DNA of 48,046 bases from an uncultured Candidatus Saccharibacteria bacterium (lineage in GTDB: Bacteria > Patescibacteriota > Saccharimonadia > Saccharimonadales > UBA10212). Positions 42,363-48,046 of this stretch are shown here, piece after piece (the stretch's first letter is position 1; every line of letters begins with the position of its first letter). The DNA is taken from positions 16,108-64,153 of the forward strand of contig CAYTYX010000002.1 of the NCBI GenBank assembly GCA_964442325.1, given 5' to 3'. A model generated the notes under the pieces. It saw nothing but the letters and a program-made list of their open reading frames with translations. It ran no database searches and was not told where the DNA came from. The position numbers were made by a program, and so were the translations under genes.

Positions 42363-42386
42363 TACCGCCGCCCTAATATCTTGATG
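42363..42386 (+). repeat. Possible degenerate copy of the cassette-boundary repeat
   Basis: TACCGCCGCCCTAATATCTTGATG shares ACCGCC..C..TA.T.TTGA with the consensus but needs indels to align. Confidence 0.25.
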
Positions 42387-42442
42387 CTCCAATTAGGGAT
42401 ATTCTCCCTCTTGTCGCTTCAGGAATTAGAGCTGGACGAACA

Positions 42443-43639
42443 CTAATCAAAGAAGTTTATATTTTTGATTTCTGAAGGTAAAAAACCTTCAGGGTGTTCG
42501 AACCCAGCTTCCCATTTCGTACCTTTGCCGTAGCCCAAATCTTTCATCAGCTTGGTTGGCGCGTTGCGCAGGTGCAGCGGCACGGGCAAATCCGGATATT
42601 GCCGAGCGGTAGCTTGAGCTTTGCCCATAGCATTTGTAATATCGCGGCTTTTGGGCGCTTTGGCCATCACCGTGGCGCAGTGAAACAGATTATATTGGCA
42701 CTCTGGCATTCCAATTCGTTCTACCGCCAAAAAAGTCGACACGGCCAAATTTAGCGCCGCCGGAGCGGCCATGCCGATATCTTCGCTGGCAAAAACCACC
42801 ATCCGCCTAGCAATAAACTTTGGGTCTTCCCCGGCCTGTAGCATCCGCGCCATATAATAAAGCGCTGCGGTTGGGTCGCTGCCACGCATAGATTTTATAA
42901 ACGCGCTGATGATGTTGTAGTGCTGCTCGCCGGCTTTGTCGTACCCCGGAATCCGAGCTTGGGCAGCTTGCTCCACGATTTTATCTGTAATTACGGCTTT
43001 ACCGGCCAGCTGATTGGCCAGCTCCAGGTTGCCCAGCGCCACACGGGCGTCGCCACTGGAAAGTTCGGCCAGCATATCTAAACTTTTGGCCGGTAAGCGC
43101 TTGGCGGCAATTTTTTCTGCCTTGGCCGCGGTTTTAAGAATGTGGGTGATGTCTTGTTTTGTTAGCGGGTTGAGCACAATCACCCGGCTGCGGCTAAGTA
43201 GCGGCGTGATGACTTCGAAACTGGGGTTTTCGGTAGTAGCGCCGATTAGCGTGACTAAGCCAGACTCGACGTGTGGCAAAAAAGCATCTTGTTGGGCCTT
43301 ATTAAAACGATGAATTTCATCCACGAAGAGTACCGTTTTGACAGGTTTTTCGACGGTACTACCTTGCTCGTTCTTACGAGCCCGCTCGACCACTTTTGTA
43401 ACATCGGCTTTGCCGGCGTTAACGGCGCTAATTTCTACAAAGTCGGCTTCTAGTTCGTTGGCAATAATCCGGGCCAGCGTAGTTTTGCCGCTACCGGGCG
43501 GCCCCCAAAAAATCAAACTAAAAGGCTTGCCGGCTTTAACCAACTCGTCTAAAAGTTTGCCACGGCCCAAGATATGTTCTTGGCCGACTACCTGTCCCAA
43601 AGTTTGCGGGCGCATCCGCTCCGCCAAAGGTCTGTCCAT
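42443..43639 (-). CDS. rarA: Replication-associated recombination protein A (AAA+ ATPase)
   Basis: Walker [12 protein letters not shown], Walker [10 protein letters not shown], and a C-terminal MgsA domain ([24 protein letters not shown]). 398 aa. Confidence 0.9.
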   Translation of the reverse strand: MDRPLAERMRPQTLGQVVGQEHILGRGKLLDELVKAGKPFSLIFWGPPGSGKTTLARIIANELEADFVEISAVNAGKADVTKVVERARKNEQGSTVEKPVKTVLFVDEIHRFNKAQQDAFLPHVESGLVTLIGATTENPSFEVITPLLSRSRVIVLNPLTKQDITHILKTAAKAEKIAAKRLPAKSLDMLAELSSGDARVALGNLELANQLAGKAVITDKIVEQAAQARIPGYDKAGEQHYNIISAFIKSMRGSDPTAALYYMARMLQAGEDPKFIARRMVVFASEDIGMAAPAALNLAVSTFLAVERIGMPECQYNLFHCATVMAKAPKSRDITNAMGKAQATARQYPDLPVPLHLRNAPTKLMKDLGYGKGTKWEAGFEHPEGFLPSEIKNINFFD

Positions 43640-43799
43640 ACACTTATTATGTCACTTTAATAAGATTGCCGCCTATTTTACAAATTTTGAGTCTAAAATC
43701 TTACAGCGCGGAGTGTTTTTTGGCGTCATACTGCATATGGGATTTATGTGTTTTGTAAATCCACCACCTAATCACCACCAAAAACTCTAGGAGGGCGAT

Positions 43800-44351
43800 A
43801 TGACGGCAAAATTTATGGCGTTTACAATTTTGCTGTACTCGGTCGCCGCGTACGCCCTGACTTTTACCCACCCAAACGACCTGATGTTTTTGCTGATATC
43901 GGGCGATAAGCGCGTGGCGGAGGGGCGCATCCTAGCCAGCCTGTTGGTAATTACGCTGGTAATCAACCGGCGCTTCCGAAGCTCGGTAAGCCAGCCGACT
44001 CTATCGGCAATTGGAGTCGGCGCGATTTTTACCGGCTTAATTGGTTTTTACTTGGGTTCAACCTACTACACAGACTATTCTTACTTTTTCCCGCCACTCG
44101 ATTACGCCACAGTTTTTGTTGTTGGCTACTTGCTGGTAGTTTTGGCGTTAGAACAAACCGCGCCGCAGTCAGCTCCTGCTACTAGCAAGCTGGACCTGCT
44201 ATTCGACACCCTTGTCAGTCGAGCACTAGCTTTGGCCCAAAATTCGCTGGAGTATATTTCGACCGGTTTTGACGCGCTTAGCCAATCACTTTACATCGGC
44301 CCTTTAGGTACTCTGCAGCCAGTTAACGCCAGAAATAAGCATCCGCCATAA
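43800..44351 (+). CDS. Hypothetical polytopic membrane protein
   Basis: 183 aa with about four hydrophobic segments. AGGAGG lies 5 nt upstream of the ATG. No family recognised. Confidence 0.55.
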   Translation: MTAKFMAFTILLYSVAAYALTFTHPNDLMFLLISGDKRVAEGRILASLLVITLVINRRFRSSVSQPTLSAIGVGAIFTGLIGFYLGSTYYTDYSYFFPPLDYATVFVVGYLLVVLALEQTAPQSAPATSKLDLLFDTLVSRALALAQNSLEYISTGFDALSQSLYIGPLGTLQPVNARNKHPP

Positions 44352-44365
44352 ATTAATAAGGCGGC

Positions 44366-45880
44366 TTAAACGTAGCCGGGGAAGAAGTCTGTTTTAATAC
44401 GGTTTCTGGCTACACCGAGTCTTCTTAAAATATCCGTCATCGCTTTAACCATAGTGTGCGTTCCGGAGATGTAAAATGTTCGCTCAGCGTAGTCTGGTAT
44501 CTGAGCCTTTATGAGCTTGGCGTTGATTGGGCCGGGCTTAGCGCCAGCCGGCAAAGTCGCGGTCTGGCCGGTCAACACGTAGGTGACGCTGTGGCCTAGT
44601 TTGCGCCGGGCGGCTTCGAACACATCGGTATATACTAGCTCGTTGGCATTCTTGGCAGAATAGAGCATAGAGACGGAGCGATTATCGTTGGTGTCTAGTA
44701 GGTATTTGGTCATACTGCGAAACGGTGTTATGCCAATACCGCCGGCTATAAAGGCCAGTTTCTCGGCTTTGTCTTCGGGCATTGTAAAGTCGCCGCCAAG
44801 CTGGGCAACGGCTATTGGCGTGTCGTTATCCATTACCAACATAGCTTGTTTGAAGCTGCTGCTTTGGGAGTAAAATTTTACGCCTAGCCTAAGATTGTCT
44901 TCGGTTGGCGACGAAGCTAGGGTAAAGTAGCGGCGATTGCCGCGAGCGTCGGCACCGGCGTGTGGCAGCGTCCACTCGGTATATTGGCCGGGCTTGTACG
45001 AAAATTTTTGGTTATTAGAGAAAACAAAATCAACTACATCTGGCGCCAGCTTATGTTTTTGAGCCAGTTTTGGTAGCAACTTAACTTTTGGAGTTATCAG
45101 ATACGAAAAGATGTTGCTGGCAACCAGCGCTAGCTCCGGCGTTGAATACAGGCTAAATAAATGAACTTGTGGCGGCAGTAAGATGCCGGCCAAAGCCCCA
45201 TACCACCTTTGGCCAACTTTGATAGCTGGCGAAGTTAGAGGCTCGATCAGCATCACAAACGCCAGGAAAAATAGCGGTGAGTGTAACAGCGCTCGATGCA
45301 AGGCGTCTGACACGCCGCCACCACCAATTAGTGTATAAACAGCAGTAGCTATAAGCGTGGCCGCCAAAAAACTAAACACCATTTGCCAACGCTGAATTTT
45401 CCGCACCAGCAGCATGCCGCCCAGCACAACCAGTGGCAGTAGGTGCGAACTACTCACCCACCAGCTGGCAGTGTCGCCAGCGCCAATCGCCGTTAGCGCA
45501 ACCGCTACCGCCGCCGGGTTAAAGATGTGCTTTTTATTGATCGTTAAAATGTATTTAGAAGCCATAGCCAACCCGCCAGCGGCCGTTAGAAAAATCAAGC
45601 TTTGACTCGAGGCCAGCGGCGTGATTATGAGCGACAGTATCAACGCCGTAATCAGCGGCGACTCAATAGCGGCCGGTACCTCGTAGGCATAGGCAAATAT
45701 CTTATTAGATACATAGCAAATCAAACTTAGATAACCGGCCGACAGGGCAATTGCCAACGGTTTATACGAGATATAGCCGGTCGCGCCCATAACCATAGCC
45801 CCGGCCAGCAAAAATAATAGATAGTACAGTGTTAGCCGGTACATCGAGATACTATCTAGCACTTTATCTATAAACTTCAT
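44366..45880 (-). CDS. Membrane-embedded FNR-like flavin reductase (polytopic N-terminal domain fused to a FAD/NAD(P)H-binding domain)
   Basis: About 250 aa of TM helices, then RRYFTLASSP (RxY[ST] FAD motif) and GGIGITPFRSM (NAD(P)H-binding motif). 4-nt overlap with apbE. Confidence 0.75.
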   Translation of the reverse strand: MKFIDKVLDSISMYRLTLYYLLFLLAGAMVMGATGYISYKPLAIALSAGYLSLICYVSNKIFAYAYEVPAAIESPLITALILSLIITPLASSQSLIFLTAAGGLAMASKYILTINKKHIFNPAAVAVALTAIGAGDTASWWVSSSHLLPLVVLGGMLLVRKIQRWQMVFSFLAATLIATAVYTLIGGGGVSDALHRALLHSPLFFLAFVMLIEPLTSPAIKVGQRWYGALAGILLPPQVHLFSLYSTPELALVASNIFSYLITPKVKLLPKLAQKHKLAPDVVDFVFSNNQKFSYKPGQYTEWTLPHAGADARGNRRYFTLASSPTEDNLRLGVKFYSQSSSFKQAMLVMDNDTPIAVAQLGGDFTMPEDKAEKLAFIAGGIGITPFRSMTKYLLDTNDNRSVSMLYSAKNANELVYTDVFEAARRKLGHSVTYVLTGQTATLPAGAKPGPINAKLIKAQIPDYAERTFYISGTHTMVKAMTDILRRLGVARNRIKTDFFPGYV

Positions 45881-46617
45881 CCGGCAACCACGTATCTTTC
45901 AAAACCACTAGTGAGAGTGGCTAATTTATCACCACTAATCATATAGCCTTCAAAGCCATCTAGCTTTTCTATAAACTCGATGCCACGCTTGCCCATCGCG
46001 AATGCGGCGGTGGCAAAACGGTCGGCTTCGTAAATGTTTGGGCCAATGACCGTTAGGCTCGCCACTGCCTCCAGATCTGCACTGGAATTTTTTGGGTCAT
46101 ATATGTGCTGTCCGCGAATATAGGTACCTGAGGTGGCGACGCCTTTATCGGTTAACTCGATTATTTTTACTATCTCTTCCCTTTTAAATGGGTTGCGGAT
46201 ACCGATTCGCCACAGCTGCCCCTCGGCACTGCTGCCGTGTATTTCTACGTCGCCGGCTATCTCGACATAAAAATTGCGGAAGCGTTTGGCTAGCAGCTGG
46301 GCGGCGTTATGGATGGCCCAGCCTTTAACTAAGCCGGACGGATCCAGCTTGCCGGCATGGGAAATTTCAAAGTAGCCATCGGTTTGTTGCTTGGTCTGTT
46401 CGCAGAGATCTAAGACTTGTTTCATCTCGGCCGACCATTTGTTTTTGGGCAGGCCTTGATTGACTTTAGAGATCTCGCTGGATAATTTATAGGTGCTGTA
46501 TTTGGCGTCAACTTCGTGGAAATAATCAAACACTTCATCAAACACGTCACCAGTAGCGGCTTTATCGATGATTTCGACTGTGGCTGGCATACCCATTACT
46601 ATTTTAGTTTTCTTCAT
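45877..46617 (-). CDS. apbE: FAD:protein FMN transferase (ApbE family)
   Basis: 246 aa. MGMPATVEI...DPSGLVKGWA...VEIAGDV...VATSGTY...HIYDP pattern of the ApbE family. This is a short form without an obvious signal peptide. Confidence 0.8.
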   Translation of the reverse strand: MKKTKIVMGMPATVEIIDKAATGDVFDEVFDYFHEVDAKYSTYKLSSEISKVNQGLPKNKWSAEMKQVLDLCEQTKQQTDGYFEISHAGKLDPSGLVKGWAIHNAAQLLAKRFRNFYVEIAGDVEIHGSSAEGQLWRIGIRNPFKREEIVKIIELTDKGVATSGTYIRGQHIYDPKNSSADLEAVASLTVIGPNIYEADRFATAAFAMGKRGIEFIEKLDGFEGYMISGDKLATLTSGFERYVVAG

Positions 46618-47135
46618 TAGTGCGCCTGGCTTAAAGCCGAAGCCAGCGATTCTATAAAGGCTTGGCTGGTATCGCTGGCACCGGAAATTATATTTACATT
46701 GCTACTCTGGGCTTGAATGGCTTCTTGTTTGAGGTAAGGCAGGGCTTGGCCGTTTATGTAAACTGAGGTTGAGCGGTCACTCGGGTACTGTAAAATTTGC
46801 ACGTCGGTCAGTTTGCCACCCTGGATAACTGCCTGCACTTGAATATATCCGTAGTACGCGTTGGCGGCACTACCGGTGTAGTTACCGTTTTTATACTGGC
46901 CGGTGGTTTGCTGAGGCGTAGTTGTTGCAGCTGGAGGGGTAACGGTGCCACCATCGTCTGCGCCTTCTGAATTTATAGAAGTTGATGGAGGCGTAGATGT
47001 CGGGGTCTGGATAGGCGGTAAGACCAAAGCAACGCCAGAGCCGTCGTGCCGTTGATGAAAGCTATAGGCAACAAAAGTAAGCACCACAAAGCCGGCCAGC
47101 AAGGATTTTTTTAGATTTTTACTAGGTTCAAACAC
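46617..47135 (-). CDS. Membrane-anchored extracytosolic FMN-binding domain protein
   Basis: N-terminal TM anchor, a Thr/Pro-rich linker, and an FMN_bind-like domain ending in the flavinylation-type motif IISGASDTS (about 46674..46685). Confidence 0.75.
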   Translation of the reverse strand: MFEPSKNLKKSLLAGFVVLTFVAYSFHQRHDGSGVALVLPPIQTPTSTPPSTSINSEGADDGGTVTPPAATTTPQQTTGQYKNGNYTGSAANAYYGYIQVQAVIQGGKLTDVQILQYPSDRSTSVYINGQALPYLKQEAIQAQSSNVNIISGASDTSQAFIESLASALSQAH

Positions 47136-47198
47136 TTAAATCTATTATACGTTAGCGGTTGAAACTGAAAACTGGCTGAGCGTCTAGCCTAGTATATT

Positions 47199-47867
47199 TT
47201 AGTGATTACTAATTTGCTGACTAGGCTTAGGTTGAACGGCCCGCGCCAAAACTATAAACCATACTCCAAGTGATAGCATTTGAACTTCTTGAGTAGGCCC
47301 CCAAGCCTTATCGCTGAAGGAGCCAGTTATTGCGTACTGGATGATTGATGCCGTTAGGTAGGCAAGCGCCAAAACGACCAGACTCACACTTGCCAGCCTT
47401 AAATTTTTGAGCTTGTAATGGTTAGCATACAGCCAGCCGCCGACAGGTAGGAGTAAGTAGCAAATCGCAATTAAGATACTGCTATAGCCATGGCTTGGAA
47501 TATTAAACTGCGATAGCGAGACGTGCACCGGGATAACACACGAGTTGCTTAGGGTTTCCGAGCACGGCAATGGATAAAGAGCATCGATGGCATTAGCTAG
47601 TCCCAGCGCAGCCGTACCCAACACAAGCAAAAGATATCCCCTGCCCCTAGAGATTGCCTTAATAAACAGCACAGCCAGCGCAACAAACAACGCACCGGAA
47701 ATTACATCTAAGCTTCTAAACACTAGCTGATGAGGCTGGCCGATTGCGCTTAGTTCACTAATGGCACCACGGTGAGACAAAAGATGGTAGTTTAAAAACA
47801 GCCCAAGCAGCCAGTTATTAAAGCCGAGCGACGCTAAGCCGGCTAAAATCGTTAGCTTTTTACCCAT
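47199..47867 (-). CDS. Polytopic membrane protein (DUF998-like)
   Basis: The start is taken at M52 (MGKKLTILAGLASLGFNNWLLG...ISELSA...). About six TM segments. The longer ORF-track N-terminus looks non-native. Family assignment is tentative. Confidence 0.5.
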   Translation of the reverse strand: MGKKLTILAGLASLGFNNWLLGLFLNYHLLSHRGAISELSAIGQPHQLVFRSLDVISGALFVALAVLFIKAISRGRGYLLLVLGTAALGLANAIDALYPLPCSETLSNSCVIPVHVSLSQFNIPSHGYSSILIAICYLLLPVGGWLYANHYKLKNLRLASVSLVVLALAYLTASIIQYAITGSFSDKAWGPTQEVQMLSLGVWFIVLARAVQPKPSQQISNH

Positions 47868-48046
47868 TATTAACCCGTATAATAGCATCGAACATATGGA
47901 TGACCGAATGAACGAATGGAAGCGCGGCGTTATATCTTTATTGGTGTTAATAACTGGGCTTCTGACAATGGGCAGCACCCTGTTGGCACTGGCCCACCCA
48001 ATGCACATTCGTATTGCCATATTAGACGCGCACTTTACGGCGCTGG

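Noticed and set aside
37512-42386. Classical integron interpretation of the cassette array.
   Set aside because: There is no IntI-type tyrosine recombinase or attI/Pc arrangement. The repeats lack the imperfect inverted-repeat (R''-L''/L'-R') structure of attC sites. Cassette ORFs occur in both orientations. It is kept as integron-like only by analogy.
42246-42446. 66-aa plus-strand ORF downstream of rarA.
   Set aside because: It has a TTG start without an RBS, an Arg/Leu-rich product, and its end overlaps the rarA stop. The region is more plausibly non-coding.
42494-42505. T-arm-like GTGTTCGAACCC, possibly marking a tRNA gene.
   Set aside because: It lies inside the rarA coding sequence and no acceptor, D or anticodon stems can be drawn around it. 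I found no tRNA-like cloverleaf in any intergenic region of the window.
43666-43693. TTGCCGCCTATTTTACAAATTTTGAGTC upstream of rarA as a further copy of the cassette repeat, which would make rarA itself a cassette.
   Set aside because: The match needs an internal 9-nt insertion to align and rarA is a core gene. The similarity (CCGCC..TATTTT...ATTTTGAG) may be fortuitous in AT-rich promoter DNA. It is mentioned only as a candidate inside the array finding.

Overview
This is a 48-kb chromosomal segment from a compact, moderate-GC bacterium. Hand-counted 60-nt samples of core genes give about 45% GC. Gene content fits a Patescibacteria/CPR, Saccharibacteria-like organism, but that is inference only: tightly packed and often overlapping operons mostly on the minus strand, a two-subunit transketolase, gatCAB, an orphan PilB-type ATPase, and tail-extended L19 and GAPDH. 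The core content covers five groups. (1) Proteolysis and nucleic-acid housekeeping: M3 oligoendopeptidase, YraN, RNase HII, L19, TrmH-like methyltransferase, DnaE, UvrB, RmuC, RarA. (2) Translation: GatC/GatA/GatB, PheS/PheT. (3) A sugar-phosphate operon: GAPDH, RpiB, Rpe-like, split transketolase, class II aldolase, PfkB kinase, an unknown 397-aa protein and a LOG/TIGR00725-like protein. (4) Redox: TrxB, an NrdH-like redoxin, NDH-2, and an ApbE / FMN-binding / membrane FNR-like trio. (5) Envelope and transport proteins. I found no rRNA, tRNA, CRISPR array, transposase or integrase. The most interesting signal is the accessory interval at about 37.5-42.4 kb, between a YggT-like gene and rarA. 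There, five well-conserved copies (plus up to four degenerate copies) of a ~21-bp direct repeat, consensus TAACCGCCCGCTTATTTTGAG, each delimit exactly one gene. The genes have very different base composition. The first well-bounded cassette is an apparently intact type IB topoisomerase whose stop codon lies inside the repeat. Separately, three 0.4-0.5-kb high-GC mini-islands (about 58-67% GC in hand counts, against about 30% flanks) each carry one small ORF with a strong GGAGG-type RBS and a GC-rich hairpin lacking a U-tail. They sit at 14.5 kb, 37.6 kb and 39.2 kb. They look like recent foreign, possibly actinobacterial-host-derived, acquisitions expressed from AT-rich local promoters. Smaller observations are a structured 128-nt spacer inside the split transketolase pair, an Rx4H (HEPN/DUF4145-like) membrane protein wedged into gatCAB, a proline-rich GAPDH tail, and leaderless-type promoters.
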